Program-made: the position numbers and the translations under genes | The notes under the pieces: generated by a model | Databases searched by the model: none | Seen by the model: only the letters and a program-made list of their open reading frames with translations | What the model was told of the DNA's origin: nothing | In this document: positions 43,796-52,370 of the stretch, in pieces | Layout: each line of letters begins with the position of its first letter | How positions within the stretch are numbered: the stretch's first letter is position 1 | NCBI GenBank assembly: GCA_964443295.1 | Contig: CAYUCH010000002.1 | Location: 13,374-77,373, forward strand | DNA length: 64,000 bases | Reading direction: 5' to 3' | Origin: an uncultured Desulfobulbia bacterium | GTDB taxonomy: Bacteria; Desulfobacterota; Desulfobulbia; Desulfobulbales; CG2-30-60-27

Positions 43796-45241
43796 ATGTA
43801 TAAATTTACAGCGTTTTTTAAATGTACCTGTCTGATTCTGTCTTCTTTTATTCTTCTTTCATGCAGTAGTGACGGTGGGAGCGGGAGTGCAGGTGGCACT
43901 GATCGAATTCAACCTACTTTTTCTTCTCTGGCCTACAGTTCTGATTATCTCTCGATCAGTGGTGACATTACCCTCGCTGTTAATGGAGAGGTCGGTACCA
44001 TCGGCTACAAAACCATACAGGTTGATATTACTAATTTTCTAACCTCAACCACAGATTGCACCATAAGCGATTTCTCCATCAGTCCCGATACACTTACCTA
44101 TACTGATAATACTTCACAGACTGTATCCGTCAGTGTTTCCTTTTTTGATCAGTGTTTCGAAAATAGTTTAGAACTTACCGCTGACCAGACAGTAATCGAA
44201 ACAACCACTCTGCCATTGGGTTTACCTGATACCAACTCTTCACTCCAATCTCTGGCCTTCACCATGGCGGTAATCGATAACGCCGGCACCGATGTCATTG
44301 ATGTACAGGAGGAATTTGTTCCTGATACCATATATCCCGATCAAGATAGTTTCTCTATTTCAGCTGAAACTCCAAACCCAGAAGGCTGGCGCTATGATGG
44401 TGTTGAAGTGGCCATTTATCTGCGGGCAGCAGATCAATTCAACAATTCGGTTTCAGATGGCACTATTATTTATTTCACAACTGAAGGAGGTTCTATCCCC
44501 TCTACCTGTACTACCACCGACGGTATCTGTACCGTTAAATGGGTAAGTATGAGTCCCCGGCCAGCAGATGGCAGAGTAACCATTCTGGCTACGGCCATTG
44601 GTTCTGAGAGTTTCGTTGATACCAACGGTAATGGTCTTTTTGATGTGAACAGTTCCTTTACCGACCTGCCGGAAGTCTTCCGGGATGATAATGAAGACGG
44701 TGTATATAGCCCGAACACGGATATATTTTTTGACCTCGACGGCAATCTGGAGTACAGCAGTGGAAATGGTGTATTCAATGGGCCTCTCTGCACTGCATCA
44801 GCTGAAAATTCAGGACTCTGTGTTAAAACACCTGTTCCTGTTAGGGCTTCTTATGTTCTAACAATGTCCACCAGTGATGCTGATATTCGCTTTTCAATCG
44901 ACAGTGGCGATCTCACCATCAATCCCATTATGACTCTTACGATTACTGTTGCCGACCTAAATGGTAATCCAATGCCAAAGGATACAGTGGTCAAAATCAC
45001 TACCTCAGCGGGAAAAATCCTTGATACCGAAGACGACCAAGACTATTTGGAATATAAAATTGGTCTGTCCAACTCCACCCTACCCCACGAGTATACTGTG
45101 AGGCTCCAGAGTAACACAGATGATACTCAAGACCTAGATTCTAAGGTAGAAGGCCGCCTCTATGTTAAGGTTACCACCCCTCAAGAACATTCTTCTTCGG
45201 AATTTATTCCAATTACTGACTGGGAAGAAACTTCTGATTAA
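43796..45241 (+). CDS. Surface/periplasmic lipoprotein with bacterial Ig-like (Big) repeats
   Basis: Has a lipobox (FILLSCSS). It is Thr/Ser/Asp-rich and beta-rich, with invasin/Big-like blocks (GTIIYFTTEGGSIPSTCTTTDGICTVKWVSMSPRPADGRVTILATAIG). Confidence 0.6.
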   Translation: MYKFTAFFKCTCLILSSFILLSCSSDGGSGSAGGTDRIQPTFSSLAYSSDYLSISGDITLAVNGEVGTIGYKTIQVDITNFLTSTTDCTISDFSISPDTLTYTDNTSQTVSVSVSFFDQCFENSLELTADQTVIETTTLPLGLPDTNSSLQSLAFTMAVIDNAGTDVIDVQEEFVPDTIYPDQDSFSISAETPNPEGWRYDGVEVAIYLRAADQFNNSVSDGTIIYFTTEGGSIPSTCTTTDGICTVKWVSMSPRPADGRVTILATAIGSESFVDTNGNGLFDVNSSFTDLPEVFRDDNEDGVYSPNTDIFFDLDGNLEYSSGNGVFNGPLCTASAENSGLCVKTPVPVRASYVLTMSTSDADIRFSIDSGDLTINPIMTLTITVADLNGNPMPKDTVVKITTSAGKILDTEDDQDYLEYKIGLSNSTLPHEYTVRLQSNTDDTQDLDSKVEGRLYVKVTTPQEHSSSEFIPITDWEETSD

Positions 45242-45290
45242 TTGAAAAAATAAGTATGGATGAACTTCTTGAAAGATACTGACAAGCTTA

Positions 45291-45809
45291 TTACTCCACC
45301 GAAATATCGCCGGTCATTTCACCGGACACTGAATACTCGGCCTCGGAATATGGATCTCGAATTTTTAATTCAAAAGGGGATATCTCACCGCTGGAGAAGA
45401 GGAAAATTCGCGGCGGCAGTTCTATTTTTCCTGAAATCTCATCCTTTTCAGCATCAATTTCCACCGCTTCGCCAGCCAAGAAAAGTTCGAGCTCCAAGTC
45501 TTCGGGCAATTTCCGTTCTTTGAGAAGAGAGTCTCCTTCAAGGGGAATGAAGCCATCATCCCCCAAGGTGAGGAAATGATAGCCGTCTGTTTTTATTTCC
45601 AAGGCCAATTCACGGGAGCGCAGTACTGCTTCTTCTGAGGCGAGACGGGTCAATGATGCCAAACGATCCACGGCGTTGGTGACTTTTTCCCGTCGGGTAT
45701 CCACCGTGATGGTGATAATACCGATGATGGTACCGATGATCACCAAAACCACCATCACTTCCAGGAGAGTGAAACCTTTACGGGAAAAAGCTATCTTGTC
45801 CAAATGCAT
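45291..45809 (-). CDS. gspH: Type II secretion minor pseudopilin GspH
   Basis: Reads SRKG|FTLLEVMVVLVIIGTIIGII, and the GspH-like body is 172 aa. It lies downstream of gspG. Confidence 0.8.
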   Translation of the reverse strand: MHLDKIAFSRKGFTLLEVMVVLVIIGTIIGIITITVDTRREKVTNAVDRLASLTRLASEEAVLRSRELALEIKTDGYHFLTLGDDGFIPLEGDSLLKERKLPEDLELELFLAGEAVEIDAEKDEISGKIELPPRIFLFSSGEISPFELKIRDPYSEAEYSVSGEMTGDISVE

Positions 45810-45892
45810 GAGACTCTTTTCAAGGAGAAGACTGATTTGTTAGGTTGGATTTATTTCATTCAACCCAACCTCAATAGTGAATTTAGCTGCGG

Positions 45893-46339
45893 TTATTCGA
45901 GATTCCAATTACCCACATCAGCGCTAATCCCCTCTCCGCCCAACTGGCCATCAGCCCCGGTTGAGTAGATGTCGATATCACCATGTAAACCGGGATTCAG
46001 ATATTGGTAGGGATTTTTCCACGGATCCTTCGGAAGTCGTTCAATGTAACCACCTTCTTTATAATTTTTTGGCTCAGGAGAGTCCGACGGTTTGCTGACC
46101 AAGGCTTCCAAACCCTGGTCGGTGCTTGGATAGACATAATTATCCAATTTATATAATTTAAGAGCGCCCTCCAGGCTGCGAATATCCTGTTGGGCTTTCA
46201 TTACCCTAGCCTCGTCTGGTCGCTCCATAATTTTGGGTACGATAAAAGCGGCCATGATACTCAAAATAACTACTACCACCATGATCTCAATGAGAGTGAA
46301 ACCCGCATTCCCGCGCACAAGACATAATTTACTTTTCAT
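45893..46339 (-). CDS. gspG: Type II secretion major pseudopilin GspG
   Basis: Reads NAG|FTLIEIMVVVVILSIMAAFIVPKIMERPDEARVMKAQQDIRSLEGALKLYKLDNYVYPSTDQGLEALV...DPWKNPYQY, the canonical GspG signature. Confidence 0.93.
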   Translation of the reverse strand: MKSKLCLVRGNAGFTLIEIMVVVVILSIMAAFIVPKIMERPDEARVMKAQQDIRSLEGALKLYKLDNYVYPSTDQGLEALVSKPSDSPEPKNYKEGGYIERLPKDPWKNPYQYLNPGLHGDIDIYSTGADGQLGGEGISADVGNWNLE

Positions 46340-47156
46340 TCTCTTTATCCCCTGTTTCCTTTTTTGGATCTTGTTTCTTTTGCAATTGAATCAAAGGCAA
46401 TTCCCCGGATAGAGCTGTGCGTATGGAACCGTCTTTCCCAGGTCGCCCAAAGAGCTGCAAAGTATCGAGTAAAGCTGGCTGGGTTCGATCTCTGGAACGA
46501 AATGAGCCGGTGAAGTCATACTTTCCTTCACTGGTTAATTTAAGGGTTCCTTGAGCCTGCAGAGGACCACCACCATCCGAGAGAACTCCCAGAATTTCAC
46601 CACTTTCTTCGGTTGTCCACTGGGCTTTTAAGTCGCCAAGTTTCACCAACTGGGGCTCTACAACCTGAGCGCCACTCCAAACCACTGTTCCTTCAGCTTC
46701 ATCTATCCGGCCATCTTGTATGACCAACTGACTCAATTTAGCAGAAAGCGAACCATTCAATCCAACTCCAAATGGCTTTGTCTGCTTATCAAAAAATGCT
46801 GCTGGGATTGAAGCAACAAATGTATGGACAGATATGGTGTTACGCCCCAAAGATACTTTTCCTTGCATGCTTCCATCGGGAATCCGGCAGCGCAGCAGGA
46901 CCTGTATTTTCCCTTTCAAAAGCGCCAAAGGTTGCAAAGACCATGAAAAATTATTAAAGGCTATGCCATCGATCACCGCCATGGTTACCCTGCCACTCCA
47001 CAGCGTGCCGTTCACTTGTGACAGAGACACTTTTTCTTTAAAAACTGGCAACCGCTCCTGAAGGATCAGACAGGCTCGATCTGCCGGAAAAGTCCATACC
47101 AAGAAAAAGCAATAAGCAGCCAAAGTATAGGCAGCGTACTTAATCCATTTTTTCAT
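46329..47156 (-). CDS. gspN: Type II secretion protein GspN
   Basis: 275 aa with an N-terminal TM helix and a pattern typical of GspN (GTLWSGRVTM...FSWSLQPLALLKGKI). It follows gspM with an ATGA overlap. Confidence 0.75.
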   Translation of the reverse strand: MKKWIKYAAYTLAAYCFFLVWTFPADRACLILQERLPVFKEKVSLSQVNGTLWSGRVTMAVIDGIAFNNFSWSLQPLALLKGKIQVLLRCRIPDGSMQGKVSLGRNTISVHTFVASIPAAFFDKQTKPFGVGLNGSLSAKLSQLVIQDGRIDEAEGTVVWSGAQVVEPQLVKLGDLKAQWTTEESGEILGVLSDGGGPLQAQGTLKLTSEGKYDFTGSFRSRDRTQPALLDTLQLFGRPGKDGSIRTALSGELPLIQLQKKQDPKKETGDKENEK

Positions 47157-47659
47157 TCTTCCTGCCTCGTTAGAGTCAACCTGGCTTTAATTCTCCCCGG
47201 TGCTTCTCCAGCTTCCAGGGACAGAGATGCGGCAGCCACACCATATTTTGCTTTTAAACTGTGCAACCAGCGCATAACATCATCATGGGGGACATCCTCA
47301 AGCCATACTTTGGCGCCATCCTGACCATCGGGCTCAATTCGTTTTAATTGTTTCCCAAGGCCTAATCGCTTTGCAGTCTTGTCAATGATAGTCATTACCG
47401 AACCACCACTCTTATGTGCTTTGGATTGCCCTCCCCTTTGCAAAGCACGAACTTCCATGGCAGCTTCCTGCATCCAGGCGAGCTCCTGCCGTTTTTCCGG
47501 CACAGCGTCCCTTAATTTGTCAAATCGCTCGGTAAAGGGGGAAATAACAAAAAAATAGACGCCAGACGCCACTAAAAAAATTCCAGCGCTCCCCAGCATA
47601 AGCCGTTCTCGCTGACTTATATTTTCCCACCACTCTTTCATTGTAACCTCAGTTTCCAC
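47153..47659 (-). CDS. gspM: Type II secretion protein GspM
   Basis: Reads MKEWWENISQRERLMLGSAGIFLVASGVYFFVISPF, a bitopic protein of ~160 aa, lying after gspL. Confidence 0.8.
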   Translation of the reverse strand: METEVTMKEWWENISQRERLMLGSAGIFLVASGVYFFVISPFTERFDKLRDAVPEKRQELAWMQEAAMEVRALQRGGQSKAHKSGGSVMTIIDKTAKRLGLGKQLKRIEPDGQDGAKVWLEDVPHDDVMRWLHSLKAKYGVAAASLSLEAGEAPGRIKARLTLTRQEE

Positions 47660-47775
47660 TGATAGAATCAGGTAGCACGATTGCTAAATCTAACTCTATA
47701 ATTTATGAGTAATTACAGGTGTAGTACCCCAAGGGCATTCGAAGTCTTTGCTTATCTACTACGCAACACCTGTGA

Positions 47776-48990
47776 CTACTTTCCCTTTATTTGTAAACGA
47801 GCCTCGACCTTATCACCCTTAGCTGTTGCAGTACGAATTTCAACAGAGATTCCACCTGTTCCAACTAACTTTTCTTTAAGGGCATCCAAATCTTGCAAAC
47901 TGGCCACTTTAATACCAATATCCAGGCGATTATTTTTAAACCGCATGCTCTGCATGGAAAATCCCGGTGATTCGAGTAAAATAGCACTACTCTTTTCAAC
48001 CAAAGTTAAAAAACCGCCGCCGCCATTTCCATCAGCCCGTAGCAGAGAAAGACGATGTTCCAACTGGGCCTTGGGATTGACAACTTTTTTTGCATCTGGA
48101 AAAAGGTCTCGATAGACTGTCTCTATTTGGCTCGACAATGCAGTGCTTTCGTTGTTCAAGGAGGCAAACTCTTGGACTAATAATCCACCTCGTAGAATAA
48201 TGAAGAACAATAACAATCCAATGGCCACTCGCCAATTTGTCCAGAGAGTCTCCCATTGGGCATGCCGGTTATACGGGCCCTGGAGAAGATCCAGAACAGG
48301 TCTTGCCTCCAGGGATTCAGCAAGCAAGGTAAATAAATCATCAATAGGATGTTCAATGAGAACATGGGGAGACAACATTTCTTCGGAAAGGGCTGTTTGC
48401 CCCGACTTGGCATAAAGGTGAACTGTTATCGTTCCCTCCGCTTCCCGATCGCTGAACTCTGCCTTCAATACTGATTCCAGGTTTTCACAATCTACCGAAA
48501 AACCTGACTGTAAACCCGTTCGAACCAAAGCCACATCATTATTTATAACAACAGAATAATCCCCTGGATGATGAGGAAGCATTAATACGTCCGGCACCAT
48601 AATATGGGGATCTATACCTACTTCCTGGAGTTGACTGGTCCAGCTGTCCATTTGCTCTATGGAAATCAAGGCGAGAGCCATTTTATCATCCTCGCCTCTT
48701 TCGCCCTGAGCAAAATGCATTTCTTCAGCTTCGTTGATATACTGCTCTTCCACAGCATATGGAATGGCCTGAGCCACTCGTTGCCTACTTCCCTTGGGGA
48801 TCAAAGCTGATAAAAACAACACATCTGAAGTTGGTACAAGAACTGTTGTTCGTGCACGTTCAGAATCGGAAGCTGCTTCCTGCAAACTACCTCTACTGCT
48901 TCTAACAGAACCATCATCCTGAACAACAGCCCAAGAAACTTCCTCGGAAGTCGTGGGCCCCATATGTATAATAATTTTTTCCATGGTCAC
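47776..48990 (-). CDS. gspL: Type II secretion protein GspL
   Basis: 404 aa with a cytoplasmic actin-like domain, one TM helix (WRVAIGLLLFFIILRGGLLV) and a periplasmic domain. It lies between gspK and gspM. Confidence 0.82.
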   Translation of the reverse strand: MTMEKIIIHMGPTTSEEVSWAVVQDDGSVRSSRGSLQEAASDSERARTTVLVPTSDVLFLSALIPKGSRQRVAQAIPYAVEEQYINEAEEMHFAQGERGEDDKMALALISIEQMDSWTSQLQEVGIDPHIMVPDVLMLPHHPGDYSVVINNDVALVRTGLQSGFSVDCENLESVLKAEFSDREAEGTITVHLYAKSGQTALSEEMLSPHVLIEHPIDDLFTLLAESLEARPVLDLLQGPYNRHAQWETLWTNWRVAIGLLLFFIILRGGLLVQEFASLNNESTALSSQIETVYRDLFPDAKKVVNPKAQLEHRLSLLRADGNGGGGFLTLVEKSSAILLESPGFSMQSMRFKNNRLDIGIKVASLQDLDALKEKLVGTGGISVEIRTATAKGDKVEARLQIKGK

Positions 48991-49003
48991 GGTCCTTCCG
49001 ACC

Positions 49004-49966
49004 CTAAATGACGTTTAGTGTTCGGCGTACTATCACCACCTTACCATCCTTGCGGTGCAATAAAGTTTTTAAAGCCATTCTTCCATTGCCAATCTCTACA
49101 TTTGAATGGGCCATAAAAAAACTGCTGGCTACAGATAAAAATTCTGCTGGGATATTTTTTCCAACAAGACCTGAGGCCTGCAAAAAAAGACTCACTGTGG
49201 CATACCCCTCTTCATCACGTTCTTCCAGTGATTCCTCTGCCTGGGACAAGCCCATATTTTCTTCACCTGCCAAGGCTACAAGCACTTGTGCCGGGGCAGT
49301 ATTGACATTTATATAAGACGCTTCGGGCAATGTACTGACCAGAGGCTCAAGACATTGAAATCCTTCCCGGCTCATGCCATTGACCAACATCAATTCACTG
49401 GGACTCACCATATCACTATTGGCTGTTCTATATCCTGGTTCGAAGCCTGAGTATGTCTCATCTTCAGCACCGGCAGGAAAACGTGGATCAATGTCTGCAT
49501 CCAACCAGTCTATCACTGCTCCGGCAATCTCTACATCCAATTCGCACATCTGTAACAACTGTTTAAATTGCTTGAGGCTGTACTCCTGAAATTTTTCATT
49601 CTTAGCCGACAAGTTATTTATGTTAAATCGGCCTTGCATGTCTTCAAGACTTCCAGAAACCATTCCTCCTTCAACCTCGGTGGGGAAAAGGCCTAAAGCC
49701 CAGTCTTCACCAAAATGATCGGTGGTACTGTCTTTTTTGTCACGAATCAACATTTGTATGCCAAAGTCTTCGACTCCCCGTGCCAGCCACTGAGCCTGAC
49801 CGGTATCGAGAACATTTGCTGTACGCCGTATCTCCACCTGCTGCGATGAAATAAGTGAGACTGCCAGCACAGTAGCCATACCGGTTACCAACAATACGAT
49901 AAGGAGTGCCGCACCGTTTTGATTTCTGGACTTCTGACGCCACATAACTTTTCTCAACATCCTCAA
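49004..49966 (-). CDS. gspK: Type II secretion minor pseudopilin GspK
   Basis: Reads NQNGAALLIVLLVTGMATVLAVSL...QAQWLARGVEDFG, and the GspK body is ~320 aa. Its start overlaps the gspJ stop. Confidence 0.85.
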   Translation of the reverse strand: MRMLRKVMWRQKSRNQNGAALLIVLLVTGMATVLAVSLISSQQVEIRRTANVLDTGQAQWLARGVEDFGIQMLIRDKKDSTTDHFGEDWALGLFPTEVEGGMVSGSLEDMQGRFNINNLSAKNEKFQEYSLKQFKQLLQMCELDVEIAGAVIDWLDADIDPRFPAGAEDETYSGFEPGYRTANSDMVSPSELMLVNGMSREGFQCLEPLVSTLPEASYINVNTAPAQVLVALAGEENMGLSQAEESLEERDEEGYATVSLFLQASGLVGKNIPAEFLSVASSFFMAHSNVEIGNGRMALKTLLHRKDGKVVIVRRTLNVI

Positions 49967-50577
49967 TGGGGAAGTAAAAAAATCCGTTCAATTTCACCCC
50001 AGCCGGAGATTTCAAGTTCAACTTTTATTGCCCCAGGCAACTTGCCAAGCAAGAATGTTTTTTCTCTGCTCTCCTCAAGAGGCCAAGTCTCCTGCCATTC
50101 ACCAGAATCATTATAAAACTGAATAGTAAATGACTCTACTTTGTTCAAAATTGGCGCAGAGTAAGGCTCATTTTCTGAAGCTCTGTCCAACACGCGCCAA
50201 CTGAGACGTAGCAGCTGCTCATCTTCCAATCGATATGCCACCCGCTGCAAATTACTTCGAATAAATCCTGCCGGATTGCTCCACCCACCTCGGGTGAACT
50301 CCACAGCTCCTTCCATGGAGCCGGCCGTATGTCGTTGCATGGCAGGTTGCACTTCTTCATAGGCGTCGCGAATATTTCGCTGTGCCATAGTTTGCATAAA
50401 ATCTCGCTCCATAATGGTCAATGCCATTTGCAATTCAGCCAAGCGGTCCATCTCGTCTGTTACTTGTTCCCGAATATCAACCATGGAACCGAGGCTGCTA
50501 TATGCCACTGCTGACAACATGGCAAAAATTGCAATGGCCACCAAAAGTTCCAGGAGGGTAAAACCGTGTTCTCTCAT
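49963..50577 (-). CDS. gspJ: Type II secretion minor pseudopilin GspJ
   Basis: Reads MREHG|FTLLELLVAIAIFAMLSAVAYSSL; 204 aa. Confidence 0.85.
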   Translation of the reverse strand: MREHGFTLLELLVAIAIFAMLSAVAYSSLGSMVDIREQVTDEMDRLAELQMALTIMERDFMQTMAQRNIRDAYEEVQPAMQRHTAGSMEGAVEFTRGGWSNPAGFIRSNLQRVAYRLEDEQLLRLSWRVLDRASENEPYSAPILNKVESFTIQFYNDSGEWQETWPLEESREKTFLLGKLPGAIKVELEISGWGEIERIFLLPH

Positions 50578-50578
50578 G

Positions 50579-50767
50579 CTAACAACTCACAGGGTGACGA
50601 CTACAATCCGGATAACTCAAAGCCCTGTAAGTGTTCACAAGTGGTGCAGATGTGTGCAAACAGGGCGGACAATAATAGCCTTCTTCTATATTGTACGCCC
50701 TGTTTGCGCGCAAGTAAGCGAGCCTGCGAGACTCTGGATACGCCGCCTGTGAGCGCTTACATTTCAT
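50579..50767 (-). CDS. Orphan 62-aa basic CPPC-containing ORF that exactly fills the gspI-gspJ gap; alternatively a structured RNA or inverted-repeat element
   Basis: The ATG overlaps the gspI TGA (ATGA), and the TAG is followed after 1 nt by the gspJ ATG. The protein reads MKCKRSQAAYPESRRLAYLRANRAYNIEEGYYCPPCLHTSAPLVNTYRALSYPDCSRHPVSC. The same DNA carries nested inverted repeats. Confidence 0.4.
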   Translation of the reverse strand: MKCKRSQAAYPESRRLAYLRANRAYNIEEGYYCPPCLHTSAPLVNTYRALSYPDCSRHPVSC

Positions 50768-51147
50768 GAGCCCGAGGGACGCCCAAGAAAAATAGTTAAG
50801 GATGAGAGAGGCTCCTCGTCATCAGTTTCTTTCCGTACCTCTATGATCCCCCGACGAATATCCTCGTCCGGTGTTTCATACCCAGTTACCTTCCACTGCC
50901 ATTTTCGACCGGCCATTTCAGACTCTCCATCTGCCGTGGAGGTCGGTATCCATTTCTTGGCCAATTGAATTTCCGCAGCCTTATTCATTGCGACCCAGGT
51001 GGCCAATGTTCGCTCTTTAAGATAACCGGCATTATCCACCGCCCTGCCACTGGAAGCGGCCATGGATAGACAAACAAGACTGAGCATGGCTAATGCGACG
51101 AGGATTTCCAGAAGCGTAAAACCTCTATATCCATTGGCAGAAAACAT
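50764..51147 (-). CDS. gspI: Type II secretion minor pseudopilin GspI
   Basis: Reads MFSANGYRG|FTLLEILVALAMLSLVCLSM...ERTLATWVAMNKAAE; 127 aa. Confidence 0.85.
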   Translation of the reverse strand: MFSANGYRGFTLLEILVALAMLSLVCLSMAASSGRAVDNAGYLKERTLATWVAMNKAAEIQLAKKWIPTSTADGESEMAGRKWQWKVTGYETPDEDIRRGIIEVRKETDDEEPLSSLTIFLGRPSGS

Positions 51148-51149
51148 AT

Positions 51150-52364
51150 TTAACGAACCAACTGATTGAGATCAAAAATCGGTAGCAGAATGGCCAATAC
51201 AATAAGCATGACCATGCCACCCATGACCAAAATTAATAATGGTTCAAAAATTCCCATGAGGGCAGAAATCATGGTTTCCAGTTCTCGTTCCTGTCCCACT
51301 GCCGCCCTCTCAAGCATTGACTCAAGATTAGCACTGGCCTCGCCACTGGCAATAAGATGAATGGTAATGGGCGGGAAATAACCTGACTTGGCCAGCATTT
51401 GATGAACGGCTCCGCCCTCCCGAACCCGGGCCGCAGCTTCCTCAACTGCCTGCCGCATGGCAATATTGCTGATAACTTTTGCCGCTACATGCATACCCTC
51501 CAGAACAGGCACGCCGCTGGCCGTAAGAATACTGAATGTTCGGGCAAACCGAGCCGCATTACCTGCTCGCACAAACCGCGATACCAAGGGAATCCGAAAA
51601 AGAAGACGATGGTATTGCATCTTAATCCTTGGCCGGCTCAATAAAAACCGAACCACAATTACCAAACCTGCGAGACCAACCAAGAGAACAAGACCATATT
51701 CCTGTAGAAAGGAACTGATCCAGATCAATCCTCGGGTCAAGACGGGTAATTCCTGGCCTAGGTTTTCGAACACATCCACGACTTTTGGAACCACAAAGGT
51801 GACCAAAGCCACTACAACAGATATCGCCACAACGGTCAAAATCACGGGATACAGGAGAGCCAACATGACTTTTTGACGAATCAATTGACTAAATTCCGTA
51901 TAGTCGGCCAAGCGCTCCAAGACAACGTCCAGGTAGCCAGCCTGCTCACCCGCCGCCACAGTGGTGCGGTATAATTCCGGGAAAACTCCAGGGAAATCAT
52001 CCATGGCATGGGCCAATGAATGACCTTCCACAACCCGGGATCGCACACCTGCCAGAATACTTTTCAAGCGTGCTTTCTCGGCCTGCTCGGCTACCGTTGC
52101 CAAGGCCTCGTCAAGTACTGTGCCAGATCTTACCAGGGTGGCAAGCTGTCGGGTAATAAGGGCTAAATCAGCCGGGGCAAGTCCCCTTTGAGTAAGAAGA
52201 AACGAACTACTTCGACTTTCACCTTTGGCAACTTCTTCTACGGAGAGGGGAATGAGATCTCGGTCACGGAGGATCTGCCTGATCTGCCTTGGAGTATCTC
52301 CTTCGAGTACCCCTTTTTTCTGGCGACCGGCGGTATCGAGAGCTGCGTATTCAAAGGCGCCCAT
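51150..52364 (-). CDS. gspF: Type II secretion platform protein GspF
   Basis: Reads MGAFEYAALDTAGRQKKGVLEGDTPRQIRQILRDRDLIPLSVEE, with two T2SSF repeats; 404 aa. Confidence 0.93.
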   Translation of the reverse strand: MGAFEYAALDTAGRQKKGVLEGDTPRQIRQILRDRDLIPLSVEEVAKGESRSSSFLLTQRGLAPADLALITRQLATLVRSGTVLDEALATVAEQAEKARLKSILAGVRSRVVEGHSLAHAMDDFPGVFPELYRTTVAAGEQAGYLDVVLERLADYTEFSQLIRQKVMLALLYPVILTVVAISVVVALVTFVVPKVVDVFENLGQELPVLTRGLIWISSFLQEYGLVLLVGLAGLVIVVRFLLSRPRIKMQYHRLLFRIPLVSRFVRAGNAARFARTFSILTASGVPVLEGMHVAAKVISNIAMRQAVEEAAARVREGGAVHQMLAKSGYFPPITIHLIASGEASANLESMLERAAVGQERELETMISALMGIFEPLLILVMGGMVMLIVLAILLPIFDLNQLVR

Positions 52365-52370
52365 AAATAA

